A stretch of DNA of 40,569 bases, taken from positions 1-40,569 of IMG/VR virus record IMGVR_UViG_3300026962_000013. One strand, 5' to 3'. This DNA is from a virus. Every line of letters starts with the position of its first letter. Positions within the stretch are counted from its first letter, which is position 1. This document shows, piece by piece, positions 16,912 through 27,308 of the stretch. The notes under the pieces were generated by a model. That model made no database searches. It was given only the letters and a program-made list of their open reading frames with translations, and was not told where the DNA came from. The translations under genes were made by a program, and so were the position numbers.

Positions 16912-18161
16912 GTCAAGCACCAGTTGAGAACGCACTCCAGAATGTGCGTGCCGAATGGGTGGCGTCGGACCTGTCCGGGGACTATCCCGGGCCCCCGACC
17001 GACCCCGCGTGGAATCGTTTCAGTGACTACCTCACCATCTACCCCGGGTGGAGTGGTGACGCCGGCGTCGAAGGCGACACCACCGTCGGCACGGGGTGGA
17101 CCACCGACCACTTCCGCGGCCCAGAAGAACACGACCTCACACTGAGCTACTGGTTGCAGCGCTTCCCCGTCGACGCAAGCAGCAACCCTAACGACCCGAT
17201 CGGGGAACTCCTCACCCTCGACTACCAAAGCCAGTACCCCGTCCACGAGGTCCTGTTCCGTCGAGAAGTCGCGGACGGCGGTGTCGACGGCGCCGGGTTC
17301 CGAGAGTTCATCTACGGCAGCGGCTGCTATCCGTCGTCCGGATCGCTCCCGGGCGACCCGTCGGCGGCCAACCCCATCGTCGCCGAAGCCGGGTACGCCG
17401 CACAGAAGGTGCGCCAGTACATCATCCACCAACCCGCGGATGGCACCACACTCGAGGTGGTCTCGACGAACGCGAACGACACGATGGACATCACCATCGA
17501 AAGCGAAGATGGTGCCCAGTCCGAAACCCTCACGCTCACCGGGACGACGACCGTCACCGGCGCCACATCATTCACCGACATCGACGCCATCTGGCTCAGC
17601 GCCGAACCCCAGGGCGACATCTCGGTAAAAGACGATTCCGGCAACGACCTCCTCGAGGACCCCATCCAGGGGTCCGACGACGACGGCGTCGAGGGCGACC
17701 GCGGCATCCCCACGCTCGGCTCGGGCTCGCACTCGTCGGCCATCGGAACGGATCCGGCGGACTACCTGTTCCTCGGCACGAGCTCGACGTTCGCCGGTGG
17801 CGCCCTCGCCGAATCCGCGAGTGCGGACCGGGTCCACGCGTTGGACCTGTCGATCGACGTCGACCTCACCCGCGAACCCGGGCAGGGCACCCGTCGCCAG
17901 TTCATCGACCCCGGCACCGCGTCGGTCGAGGTCTCCGCCGACGTTGCGGGCCCCTACGAGACGGCAAAGCAGAACGTCCGCTACTATCGGGAAACCACGG
18001 GCGACCTCGTCTACACGTACCCCGACGGGAGCATCACCGTGAAGAACGCCCAACTCACCGACACGGACGACGTCGACCGCTCGGCCGGCGACGCCAACCA
18101 GCTGTATGGTGTAACTTTTGAAGGATCGGGCGACCCCGCCGTCACCGCAACCCACAACTAA
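16908..18161 (+). CDS. Major tail (tube) protein
   Basis: 417 aa acidic beta-rich protein directly upstream of the TAC pair and tape measure. Confidence 0.8.
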   Translation: MSQAPVENALQNVRAEWVASDLSGDYPGPPTDPAWNRFSDYLTIYPGWSGDAGVEGDTTVGTGWTTDHFRGPEEHDLTLSYWLQRFPVDASSNPNDPIGELLTLDYQSQYPVHEVLFRREVADGGVDGAGFREFIYGSGCYPSSGSLPGDPSAANPIVAEAGYAAQKVRQYIIHQPADGTTLEVVSTNANDTMDITIESEDGAQSETLTLTGTTTVTGATSFTDIDAIWLSAEPQGDISVKDDSGNDLLEDPIQGSDDDGVEGDRGIPTLGSGSHSSAIGTDPADYLFLGTSSTFAGGALAESASADRVHALDLSIDVDLTREPGQGTRRQFIDPGTASVEVSADVAGPYETAKQNVRYYRETTGDLVYTYPDGSITVKNAQLTDTDDVDRSAGDANQLYGVTFEGSGDPAVTATHN

Positions 18162-18164
18162 CCC

Positions 18165-18503
18165 ATGACAGACTTCGACAACACCGCGGACTGGTTACAG
18201 TCCCGGGACACGATCACGCGGGAGATCACGGCCGATGGCGAGTCGTTCCCCATCGAGATCAAAGACATCACCCAGGACGAGCTCGAGGCGTTGGAAGACC
18301 GCGCCAGCGACGGGCCGGACGCTGAAGCCGAGGTGATCCAGGAGGCGATCGACGAGTTTCTCGTCGAACCGAGTGTCGACGTCGACGCGATCCCGATGTC
18401 GAAGCGGACGCAGTTGTGGTTCGCGATGCAGCTCGCCTGGAGTGGCGCCGAAGACATCCAGGCGGCGATGCAGGAGTTGCAACTCCCCCAGGGAAACAGG
18501 TAA
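18165..18503 (+). CDS. Tail assembly chaperone (gpG-like)
   Basis: Position; ends in slippery G GGA AAC. Confidence 0.85.
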   Translation: MTDFDNTADWLQSRDTITREITADGESFPIEIKDITQDELEALEDRASDGPDAEAEVIQEAIDEFLVEPSVDVDAIPMSKRTQLWFAMQLAWSGAEDIQAAMQELQLPQGNR

Positions 18504-18745
18504 CCCTCCCCGACGTGGCCGAGGAGGCACTCCGGGACAAACGCGCCCACGACTGGGGATATCGGTACACGTGGCCGCCGACACTCGGGAATCTGTCCCC
18601 GCGGGAACGCGGGAAGATCGAACTCGCTGCACAGGCGGAGGCGTACCTCAAACACGAGCACCGACCACAGCGGCAGGCGTCGTTGTCCCATCGCGAGTAC
18701 GATGTCGAATCGTCGCGCCGAGAGTGGTCGAAATCATTTCAATAA
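18491..18745 (+). CDS. -1 frameshift extension of tail assembly chaperone (gpGT-like, about 193 aa fusion)
   Basis: GGGAAAC heptamer at 18491-18497 in correct phase; the -1 frame stays open to 18745. Confidence 0.85.
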   Translation, partial: GKQVTLPDVAEEALRDKRAHDWGYRYTWPPTLGNLSPRERGKIELAAQAEAYLKHEHRPQRQASLSHREYDVESSRREWSKSFQ

Positions 18746-18752
18746 GTAACTG

Positions 18753-20726
18753 ATGGCATTTCGTAACTTGTCCGCGCGGATCACCGGAGACAGCACCAGC
18801 TACGTCACCGCAACCCAAACCGCGAAACGCGCCGCGTCCAGCTTCGGCAGCGAAGCCACGAGCCTCGCCGCGAAACTCCAACTCCTCCAGGGCAGGGCGG
18901 ATGAAGCCGAAAGCGAGATCGACAGCGTCGGCCGCAGTGCAACAAGCACTTCCACGTCGTTCACCGCTCTCACCGCCTCGACCGAGGGGTTGGCCCTGTC
19001 GTTCGGCAGTCTCGGCACCACGACATCGGTGACGCTGATCCCGGCGATGGTCGCATTGTCCACCGTGTTGTTGCCGTTGGCGGCGACGTTCGGCGGTCTC
19101 GCCACCGCCGCCGCGAGCCTCGCCGGGGCGTTCGGCCTCGTCATCGGGTCGGGGTTGATCGCGTTCGGACAGAAACGCGGGGAGCAGAACGCGCAGCGAC
19201 TCGCCCAGATCCGGGCGCGGATCGCGGGCTTGGAATCCCTCCGCCAAGAGACCGGTCAACTCACCGCCGCGCAACGACAGCAGCTCCAAACCCTCCAGGA
19301 ACAGGAGGAATCCCTCCAGAATCAAACGGGGGTCCTGGGTGGGCTCCAGTCCGCGATTGGCGACGTCGTCGCGGAGATCAAGCCGATGATCGTCGCCTTC
19401 GGCCAGGAGTTCATCCCCCTGATCGAGGCGGGGTTCGAGGCGATTCCCCAGCTCGTCGAGAACATCCTCGAGGCGGTCGGCGGCCTCTCAGCATTCAAGG
19501 ACGCGTTAGGCGACGCTGGGGAGGCGGCGATGCAGGCCATCCCGAACATGGTGGCGGCGTTGATGGATATCGCCCGCGAGGCGTTGCCTGCACTGCGTCG
19601 GGGTGCGGCGTGGTTGATGCGGAATGGCCCCCGGATTTTCCGGGGGATGATGCGGACGACGCGACAGGTGCTCCCATTGTTGCAGCGGTTGGTGTTGGCG
19701 TTCGTCGATGCGGCGCCGACGCTGAACCGGTTCGGGACGGCGATTATCGAGTACGTGGTCCCGGGGGTGACGAGTGCGGTGAACGCGGTGGCGGGGTTGG
19801 TGGATTGGTGGAACAACCTGAACGGTATCATCAAGACGGCGTTGATCATCGGGGTCGGATCGGCGATCGCGGCGTTGGGGTCGGGCGTCGTCGCGTTGGT
19901 CGCGGCGGTCGTGGCTGCCGTGGAGATCTGGGACGTGTTCAAATCGGTGGTCATTGCGGTGGTCGATGTCGTCTCCGATGCGGTGTCGACGATCTCTGGG
20001 CTCGGGGGCGGGGTCATCGACGAGTTCTCGTCGCTCGGGTCGTGGTTGGTCTCGACCGGGTCGTCGGTGGTTGGTGACGGTGTGGCGGCGATCGTCGAGT
20101 CGGCGAAAGCGGTGTGGGATTGGTTCACCGGCACCGGTGACGGGACGTTGCTCGGCGGGATCAAGAGTACCGTCGACGCCATCCCCGGGTTGTTCACGGA
20201 CGCGGTGCAGGGTCTCGAGGACGTGGTGAATCAGGCGATGGGGTTGCCGTGGACGATCTCGATTCCGTCGGTGACGATCGCGGGGCACACGATTGGTGGG
20301 GGGTCGATCACCATCCCGAAGATCGGTGGGTCAGGTGGGGCGACGAACGGGTGGCCGGATGACATCAACCGGAGTCCGGGGAACGATGGTGGTGGGAGTT
20401 TCGGGGATCGACCCGGCACCGGCGACGATGGCGGTGGTGGTGGTGCTGACGTGGGGCCGGGGTTGACGATGCCGAGTGCGGCCTCGGGTGGGTTGATTAC
20501 GCGGACGGGGGTGGCGCTCGTCCATCAGGGAGAGCGGATTGTGCCGGAGGCCCAGGTCCAGGATCGGGGGCCGGCACCGCCGTCTCAAGTGGTGTTGCGG
20601 TTGGAGGGCGTCGAGGGGCGGTTGGGTGAGGTGTTCCGGGAGGAGGCGGAGGTCGTCGTGCAGGAGGCGGAGACGGCGACCCAACGCCGTGTCCAACGGT
20701 TGCAGTCTCGGGGTGACTTGGGGTGA
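18753..20726 (+). CDS. Tape measure protein
   Basis: 657 aa Ala/Gly-rich helical protein with hydrophobic segments, downstream of the TAC pair. Confidence 0.9.
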   Translation: MAFRNLSARITGDSTSYVTATQTAKRAASSFGSEATSLAAKLQLLQGRADEAESEIDSVGRSATSTSTSFTALTASTEGLALSFGSLGTTTSVTLIPAMVALSTVLLPLAATFGGLATAAASLAGAFGLVIGSGLIAFGQKRGEQNAQRLAQIRARIAGLESLRQETGQLTAAQRQQLQTLQEQEESLQNQTGVLGGLQSAIGDVVAEIKPMIVAFGQEFIPLIEAGFEAIPQLVENILEAVGGLSAFKDALGDAGEAAMQAIPNMVAALMDIAREALPALRRGAAWLMRNGPRIFRGMMRTTRQVLPLLQRLVLAFVDAAPTLNRFGTAIIEYVVPGVTSAVNAVAGLVDWWNNLNGIIKTALIIGVGSAIAALGSGVVALVAAVVAAVEIWDVFKSVVIAVVDVVSDAVSTISGLGGGVIDEFSSLGSWLVSTGSSVVGDGVAAIVESAKAVWDWFTGTGDGTLLGGIKSTVDAIPGLFTDAVQGLEDVVNQAMGLPWTISIPSVTIAGHTIGGGSITIPKIGGSGGATNGWPDDINRSPGNDGGGSFGDRPGTGDDGGGGGADVGPGLTMPSAASGGLITRTGVALVHQGERIVPEAQVQDRGPAPPSQVVLRLEGVEGRLGEVFREEAEVVVQEAETATQRRVQRLQSRGDLG

Positions 20727-21139
20727 CGTGGGACATCCACACGGGCGGTGGGGTGGTCCAGGCGCAGAGTCTGTCGCCGCCGGTGCCGTCGAATATGCGG
20801 GGTGAGCGGGTGCGGTTGCGGTTCCGGTTCGATTCGACGTCGAGTTACGAGTCGGTGCGGGAGTACTTGGATTATGCGGGGGCGTCGGTGACGGGGACGG
20901 CGTTGGATGGGTCCCCGTATTTCCGGGAGTTGCAAGCGGATGGTGATGGGTTGGTGATGGGGTTCGTGCCGTCGTCGAGTATTCCGACGGTGCCGGGGTT
21001 GTGGGGGTTGCTCGTCGGCGGCCAGGAGTTGACGCGGTTGCCACCCGCCGATCTCGCCCTCGAACTCGAGGTGTTCTATCTGGATGAGTATCCGAACCAG
21101 GGGAGCATCGCGGATGTCCGGGGGAGTTTCGAGTTATGA
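20723..21139 (+). CDS. Distal tail protein (putative)
   Basis: Position after TMP; GTG start overlapping TMP stop. Confidence 0.65.
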   Translation: MTWDIHTGGGVVQAQSLSPPVPSNMRGERVRLRFRFDSTSSYESVREYLDYAGASVTGTALDGSPYFRELQADGDGLVMGFVPSSSIPTVPGLWGLLVGGQELTRLPPADLALELEVFYLDEYPNQGSIADVRGSFEL

Positions 21140-21954
21140 CGGCGTGGGATATCTCGTGGGCGACCGCCACCGGGGCCACGGTATCGACCCAAGACGTCTC
21201 CTCCCGCGGTCTCGCGGTGAAACCGGACGGGACGGTGCTCTGGGAGGTTGGGGGGAACGGCTCCTCGATCGAGGAGTATTCTCTCTCGACTGGTTGGGAC
21301 CTCTCGACCGCGTCCTATACCGGGACCTCGCTTTCGACGGATGACGGGGCCCCGGCTTCGATTGCGTGGAAGCCTGACGGGACGAGCCTCTTCGAAGTCG
21401 GACTGAACAATGATGACATCATCGAGTACGCGGTGTCGACGGCGTGGGATATCACAACCGCCTCGACAACGGGGGCGTCGGTCTACGTCGGCGGCCAAGA
21501 TTCGAGTCCGACCGGTATGGCGTTCAAACCGGATGGATCGCGGTTGTGGGTCATCGGGCGGTTCTCCGATGCGGTGTATGAGTACACGCTTTCGCCGGCG
21601 TGGGACCTCTCGACGGCATCGAGTACGGGGGCGTCGTTCGATGTGACGGGGCCCGGTGCGTTCGACCCATCTGGTGTTACTGTCCGTCCCGATGGGTCGA
21701 TGTTCTGGGTCGTTGCCGAAGGTGATTCCGCGATTTACGAGGGTACCGTCTCGACGGCGTGGGACTTGTCGACGGCGTCGTTCACCGGGACATCGCTCAC
21801 GACACAGGATGCAGATCCGACTGGAATGGCGTGGAAGGAGGACGGGTCCCGGTTCTTCGAGATTGGGCGGGGTAGCGACCAAATCACCGAGTGGTCGGTC
21901 CCGATCCCGCCATCCGTGGATACGCTCGCCGCGTCGAACGTGAGGGTCGTCTAA
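21136..21954 (+). CDS. Tail-tip beta-propeller repeat protein
   Basis: About six ~45 aa repeats with KPDG...IxEY.LSTAWDLSTAS. Confidence 0.8.
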   Translation: MTAWDISWATATGATVSTQDVSSRGLAVKPDGTVLWEVGGNGSSIEEYSLSTGWDLSTASYTGTSLSTDDGAPASIAWKPDGTSLFEVGLNNDDIIEYAVSTAWDITTASTTGASVYVGGQDSSPTGMAFKPDGSRLWVIGRFSDAVYEYTLSPAWDLSTASSTGASFDVTGPGAFDPSGVTVRPDGSMFWVVAEGDSAIYEGTVSTAWDLSTASFTGTSLTTQDADPTGMAWKEDGSRFFEIGRGSDQITEWSVPIPPSVDTLAASNVRVV

Positions 21955-23399
21955 TGACTGCCGGCGCGACCTTCAACGCGGAAGTCACCGACGTCGGGAG
22001 CAGCAGCGTCGATGAACGCGGGTTCGTCTGGGATACCACGTCGCACGGGGGCCCCGGAGATACGGCGCCGTCGTCGTCGGCGTATGCGTCGTCGTGGACC
22101 GAGACCGGCACCTTCTCAACGGGGACGTACATCCACGACGAAACCACGCTATCCGAGAACACGACGTACTACTATCGCGGCGTCGCTCACAACGGTGACG
22201 GGTGGGGGTATGGTGATGAGGTCAGTTTCACGACGCCGGAACTCGCCGCGCCCACCGTCTCGTTTTCGGATACGACGACGGAGGACGAGTTGTCGGTGTC
22301 GTGGACTGATGTGAGTAACGAGGATGGGTACCGGGCCCTGATTTCGTCGTCGAGCGGGTCGACGGCGTCCGACTACGTGGTCGATGCTGATTTGGCGGCG
22401 GGGACGACGTCGCACACGTTCACGGGGTTGCCGGACGGGCGGCGGCGATTCGTCCGGATCGAGGCGTACACCAGCGGTGGGTCGACAGAACTGTCGAACG
22501 AGATCGATGCCGTCACCGTTCTCCCCGCACCCACGGACCTCTCGGTTGATGCGGTGACTGGCGACAAGTTCGAGGTGTCGATGGTGGATAACGCGGATTC
22601 GAAGGATGGGTATCGGTTCTACACCGGGCCTGACGGGTATCTGGAGTTCAATCGAGCGAATAGCGAGGAAGTAATTGTCCCCCACGATTCAACCGTAGAA
22701 CCGGATAGGTACGCAATCTACGTTGAGGTCAATATCCCCGATGTATCTATTGACCAAGGCATAGTATCAAAACGGCAGGCGAATATCAGTTCACCGTATG
22801 TTGTCTATATCTTGAATGGACAGGTTAATTTGGATGCGAATATTAATGGAAATTGGCATTCGGCTCTTGTGTCTGCCCCGTCTGATATTAATCGAGTTGT
22901 CGCTTACTATGACGGTTCTGAAATCGGTGTCAACGTCGATGGAACGACGGATGCCGACACAAACCCCTCCGGGGGAACTCCAACAGGAAACGGCGACGAC
23001 GTATCAATCGGGAACGAGCCCGGACGTTCAGATACAGGATACTTAGATGGCGATGTGGAGAGGTTAGCGATGTTTGGCACATCTCCTACGCAGTCAGAAA
23101 TTGATAACTTCATCAATAATGGACAGATGCCGAGTGGGGGGGACCCGCGTATGTGGTACGAATTTAATCAGGGCTCCGGCTCCACGCTGACCGACTACTC
23201 TGGCAACGGCAACGACGGCACCCTCCAGAACAGTCCAACCTGGCACGGCGGCGGGGCGCTCACGCAGGACGGGGAGGTGACCTCGACAGTCTCGGCAGGG
23301 TCAACAGTCACCTACACCACGACGAACCTCTTGGACGGCGAACGATACGTCATCCGCGGGTCGACCTTCACCACCGAAACCGAGGTGTACGACCACTAA
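21954..23399 (+). CDS. Tail-tip adhesin with FN3-like domains and inserted LamG/ConA-like domain
   Basis: FN3 motifs (VSWTDV..EDGYR); LamG motifs (WH...YDG, IGN...YLDGDVERL, MWYEFNQGSG...DYSGNGNDG). Confidence 0.8.
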   Translation: MTAGATFNAEVTDVGSSSVDERGFVWDTTSHGGPGDTAPSSSAYASSWTETGTFSTGTYIHDETTLSENTTYYYRGVAHNGDGWGYGDEVSFTTPELAAPTVSFSDTTTEDELSVSWTDVSNEDGYRALISSSSGSTASDYVVDADLAAGTTSHTFTGLPDGRRRFVRIEAYTSGGSTELSNEIDAVTVLPAPTDLSVDAVTGDKFEVSMVDNADSKDGYRFYTGPDGYLEFNRANSEEVIVPHDSTVEPDRYAIYVEVNIPDVSIDQGIVSKRQANISSPYVVYILNGQVNLDANINGNWHSALVSAPSDINRVVAYYDGSEIGVNVDGTTDADTNPSGGTPTGNGDDVSIGNEPGRSDTGYLDGDVERLAMFGTSPTQSEIDNFINNGQMPSGGDPRMWYEFNQGSGSTLTDYSGNGNDGTLQNSPTWHGGGALTQDGEVTSTVSAGSTVTYTTTNLLDGERYVIRGSTFTTETEVYDH

Positions 23400-26137
23400 T
23401 GCCCGTCACCGCCACCACCACCCTCCCCGACGCCCAACAACCAACGCTCGACACCACGACCGAAAACCAGATTGGCGCGTCCTGGACCGACGTCACCGAC
23501 AACGGCGACTACCGCATCCAACTCCGACAAACAAGCGACTCGACCTGGTTCGACCAAGAAACCCTCGTCGACCAAGCAACCACGACAACCACGTTCACCA
23601 CCCTCCTCGACGGCGAACAATACGAACTCCGCCTCCGAACCGAGACCGAACACGTCACCGGCGCGTGGACGTCGCCCGTCGCCGCGACGACCATCCTCCC
23701 CGCCCCAACCGACGCCACCATCCGCCTCAGCAGCTGGGACCGACAACACCTCACGTGGACCGACAACGCCGACAACGAGGACGGGTATCGCATCACATAC
23801 GACGGCACAGTCCTCGCCGACCTCGCAGCAGACACCACCACCTACGAAGCCACCTCGATCACCCCAACCAGCGGCCAATCCCACACTTTCACGATCGAGG
23901 CGTACACCGAAGACGCGACTGCATCCACCACCGTCGCGGAAACCATCGACGAAACCCGCGTCATACTGAACTGGCAGGACCCACCACAATCCCAAACCGG
24001 ATTCAAGATCTACGAGTCAACGGACGGGGGAACCACGTACTCGGAGATCGCGGACGTCGCCGCATCCACCCGCCACTACGAAACCCGGGACCTCATCCCC
24101 AACACCAACGACCACACCGACTACACCTACCGCGTCGACGCGTACAACGGCGGCTCCACCACCCTCTGGAGTCTCCTGGGGACCACGCAATCCATCGCGT
24201 CCACCGAGTCGTATCAACTCGTCTTACGCGACGACGGCAGCCTCCGCACGGTCACCGACCTCACTAGTGTCAGTCCCGCCCGCACGCACACGGGGAAAAG
24301 CGACTTCCGCGCCGTCACCCCGTACGACACCACGCTCGAACCCTGGGCATTCGCCGACGCCTTCCTCTACTACCAGGACACGTTCCTGTTCCGCGGCCGC
24401 TTCACCACGATCAGCAGCGACGAAGCCCAGGGCACCACCACCCTCGCCGGGGATGGCATCGCCGGCGACTTAGAACACGGGTCCGCCACCACCACCTACA
24501 CCCAGACCCCGGTGTGGGAGGCGATCGACGACTACTGGAGTACGTACACCCCGTTCACCGCATCGACCACCCAACCCACGCCATCCACGGTCGCGACCGA
24601 CGACCAGGTCCAGGAGGCCGACACCACCACCGAACTCGAATCGATTACGACCCTCGCCGCCGACGACCCAGTCACCATCACCAACGGCGAGCTGCACCTC
24701 GCGCCGATCGCGTTCGTCACCGAAGCCGAAAACTACACCGCGAACAACGGGACCGGCGACGTCGCCGACGGCGTGTACAGCGGCGGCACCGCCGAGGAAC
24801 TCATCAATCAAGGGGAGTGGTTCGAAATCCAGTTCGACCCCGACCACGACATCCCCGGGGAAGACGTTGGATTCTACACGCGATTCCGCTCGGTCACCGG
24901 CGCCTCCGAGATCACCTACCGCCTCTACGAGGACGGCGCCGAAGTCGCGAACTGGGTCGTCACCCAGGACACCGACACCTATAGCAGCGTTGAATGGGCC
25001 GACCTCGCGTACCTCCGCGGCACCGGCTCCCGGAACTACCCCGACCACGACATCAGCGCCGCGAGCACGTACACGCTCCGCGTCGAGGCGACGACCACCG
25101 AGGACGGCATCGAATTCGACGTCATCGCCGTCGCCGACACGCGATACGCCCAAAGCGTCGACAATCTCGACAACGACAACGGCGGCACCGGCGGCTACTT
25201 AGACGACCCCCGGCTGTTAGCCGACGCCATCACCGTCACGTTCGACGAGGTCCAACGACCGTACAACGTCACCGGCGCGTCGGCCGACGTCACCGCCGCC
25301 GACACGTCCGCCCCGTTCGCCATCGCCTTCTCCAACGACGGCGGCACCACCTGGGAACCAGACCCGGGGACGACGACGCCCACCGCAACGTTCGCAGCCT
25401 CGTATGGGACGCGAATCCAGGCGCGGGTCACCCTCGGCGCATACGGAACCCGGTCGTCTGCCACCCCGAAACAGGGGTATCTGGGCCAAACGCTCGGGGA
25501 TTGGGACCTGTTCGTCGACGGTGACGACTTAGCAGTGATCGACTCGATGACCGTCGAACAGGACCACCTGAAGAACCTGCAGAAACTCCACGACTACGGC
25601 GACCACACCTTCGTCCCCAAACACGACGAAGACGAACTGAAAGCCGAGTCGTTCCGCGCCGGCACCAAATCCGCGACCGCGTCCTGGACGACGACGAACC
25701 GCAGACGCACCATCGACTACACCGACTACGCGAACAAGATCACGGTCAAAGGCGAAACCCAGGCGAGTGGCGCCCGCGTCGAAGCCACGGTCAGCTACGA
25801 CGCCGAAATCAATTCGGTGGGAGAGGTCCATCGCACGGTCATCGATCCGACACTCGGCTCCCACCAGGAGTGCGTGTCGCGAGCGCGGAGCCTCCTCGAG
25901 GAACGCGTGGCCTCGAAAGAGGTCACGGGGTCCATCCAGGTCTTCCCTACCCTGGTCGATCCGGGGTACGTGTACTCGGTGTCAGAGTGGGGTGTCGACG
26001 TCGAGTTGGAACAGGTGACGTACTCGGTGTCGGGGGAGTCGGCGCGGGGGACGTTATCCTTCGACGTCGAGGACGATGTGGCGGACTTGCTGGCTGGGCT
26101 GCGTCGGGAGACCCAGCGCAGCCAAAGCGTCCTGTAG
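23399..26137 (+). CDS. Large tail-tip/hub protein with N-terminal FN3 repeats
   Basis: Three FN3-like repeats, then hub-like C-terminus (YANKITVKG, PTLVDPG); 912 aa. Confidence 0.8.
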   Translation: MPVTATTTLPDAQQPTLDTTTENQIGASWTDVTDNGDYRIQLRQTSDSTWFDQETLVDQATTTTTFTTLLDGEQYELRLRTETEHVTGAWTSPVAATTILPAPTDATIRLSSWDRQHLTWTDNADNEDGYRITYDGTVLADLAADTTTYEATSITPTSGQSHTFTIEAYTEDATASTTVAETIDETRVILNWQDPPQSQTGFKIYESTDGGTTYSEIADVAASTRHYETRDLIPNTNDHTDYTYRVDAYNGGSTTLWSLLGTTQSIASTESYQLVLRDDGSLRTVTDLTSVSPARTHTGKSDFRAVTPYDTTLEPWAFADAFLYYQDTFLFRGRFTTISSDEAQGTTTLAGDGIAGDLEHGSATTTYTQTPVWEAIDDYWSTYTPFTASTTQPTPSTVATDDQVQEADTTTELESITTLAADDPVTITNGELHLAPIAFVTEAENYTANNGTGDVADGVYSGGTAEELINQGEWFEIQFDPDHDIPGEDVGFYTRFRSVTGASEITYRLYEDGAEVANWVVTQDTDTYSSVEWADLAYLRGTGSRNYPDHDISAASTYTLRVEATTTEDGIEFDVIAVADTRYAQSVDNLDNDNGGTGGYLDDPRLLADAITVTFDEVQRPYNVTGASADVTAADTSAPFAIAFSNDGGTTWEPDPGTTTPTATFAASYGTRIQARVTLGAYGTRSSATPKQGYLGQTLGDWDLFVDGDDLAVIDSMTVEQDHLKNLQKLHDYGDHTFVPKHDEDELKAESFRAGTKSATASWTTTNRRRTIDYTDYANKITVKGETQASGARVEATVSYDAEINSVGEVHRTVIDPTLGSHQECVSRARSLLEERVASKEVTGSIQVFPTLVDPGYVYSVSEWGVDVELEQVTYSVSGESARGTLSFDVEDDVADLLAGLRRETQRSQSVL

Positions 26138-26176
26138 ACGCGTTCGGCTGAACACGCGGATATCACGGGATTTCGT

Positions 26177-26362
26177 ATGACCGATTACAGAGTAGAGAGC
26201 GACGGTGAGTTCGTCGACGATCCATCGGATCGGGTGTGGCGGTGTCCGGCGTGTGGGGTGGGGTACGTGGTTGGGGTGGAGCTGGTGACGGCTCACTACA
26301 TCGGGCGGGCGATGGCGTGTACGAATCCAGGCTGCCGATATTGGGAGCGTGTCATCCAATAA
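26177..26362 (+). CDS. Small CPxCG zinc-finger protein
   Basis: CPACG...CTNPGC; 61 aa. Confidence 0.65.
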   Translation: MTDYRVESDGEFVDDPSDRVWRCPACGVGYVVGVELVTAHYIGRAMACTNPGCRYWERVIQ

Positions 26363-26420
26363 ATGGGCCTCTTCGTTTGACTCTAGACATCCGCAAATGG
26401 AGATTTGTTGGATTCCCCAA

Positions 26421-26430
26421 ATTATAAAAT
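26421..26430 (+). promoter_or_regulatory. TATA box for leaderless transcript of proteasome-like gene
   Basis: ATTATAAAAT centred about 29 nt upstream of ATG 26454. Confidence 0.7.
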
Positions 26431-26453
26431 CAACCCTGTTTGAGTCATCGAAT

Positions 26454-27308
26454 ATGACTGTGGGGATCGGAGCAATCTCAGAGTACGAATCCGAAGAACC
26501 CAAGGTCGTAATTTCATCAGACCGATTAGTCACCACCCATCAACAGTCCGCTATTGAACATGAGAGACCAGAAAAGAAGATCAAGGAAATTGCCGTTGAT
26601 CTCCATAATACCCATCTCGCCGGTGTGATCGCTGGTAGCGTTCAATTGGGGGAGGAATTTGAAGACAAACTTGAATCTGCCCTACACGCTTGGGTAAGAG
26701 AGCACGAGACAGAGCCCTGGGTGCAGACGGCAGCAAATATTGCAGGCGAGACATACCGTGAGTTCGTACAGGAAAAAATTGAACATGCAGTTCTACAACC
26801 TTATGGATTAGAAATTAGCGATTTAAGTAAACAGCATAAATTCAAGGACAGTTTTTTCCAAGATGTTATGAGCGAGGTACAACAGTTCAGATCTCAGGTC
26901 CAAACAAACCTCGTGCTTCTACTTGGAGGGGTCGCGGATAAGGGGGCCGGCCTTTACGAAATCAGGTCAAACGACGTTCTGTTTCAGAACGACATGGGAT
27001 ATGCCACAATTGGTAGTGGCACCCAACCCGCGAAATCGGAGTTCATTAAAACGGAATACGGTAAATCCTGCCCCCTCTCGGAAGCGTTAGCGACCGTAGC
27101 TGCCGCGAATTATCAAGCGCAACGTGCAAGCGGCGTCGGAGGATCACCAGATATCATCATCGTGGACTCCGATGGGGTACATGCTTTAGATGATGGAGTA
27201 CGAAAGCGTTTGATGGACCGGCAAGAGGACATCGATGATCGACAGGAAGAAATCAAGCACAACATTCTTGATGAGAACGAAATTACGTGGAGGTCAGGGG
27301 GAACATGA
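26454..27308 (+). CDS. Proteasome-beta-like Ntn hydrolase
   Basis: M-T-V-G-I-G...VISSDRLVT N-terminus (Thr1 after Met removal) and YATIGSG motif; lower GC than flanks. Confidence 0.8.
   Translation: MTVGIGAISEYESEEPKVVISSDRLVTTHQQSAIEHERPEKKIKEIAVDLHNTHLAGVIAGSVQLGEEFEDKLESALHAWVREHETEPWVQTAANIAGETYREFVQEKIEHAVLQPYGLEISDLSKQHKFKDSFFQDVMSEVQQFRSQVQTNLVLLLGGVADKGAGLYEIRSNDVLFQNDMGYATIGSGTQPAKSEFIKTEYGKSCPLSEALATVAAANYQAQRASGVGGSPDIIIVDSDGVHALDDGVRKRLMDRQEDIDDRQEEIKHNILDENEITWRSGGT

Noticed and set aside
16908-18161. Tail sheath (contractile tail)
   Set aside because: Only one major tail gene precedes the TAC pair, and no baseplate J-like genes were recognised.
21136-26137. Invertible tail-fibre cassette or diversity-generating retroelement
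   Set aside because: No second recombinase, no inverted gene copies, no reverse transcriptase and no template/variable repeat pair seen.
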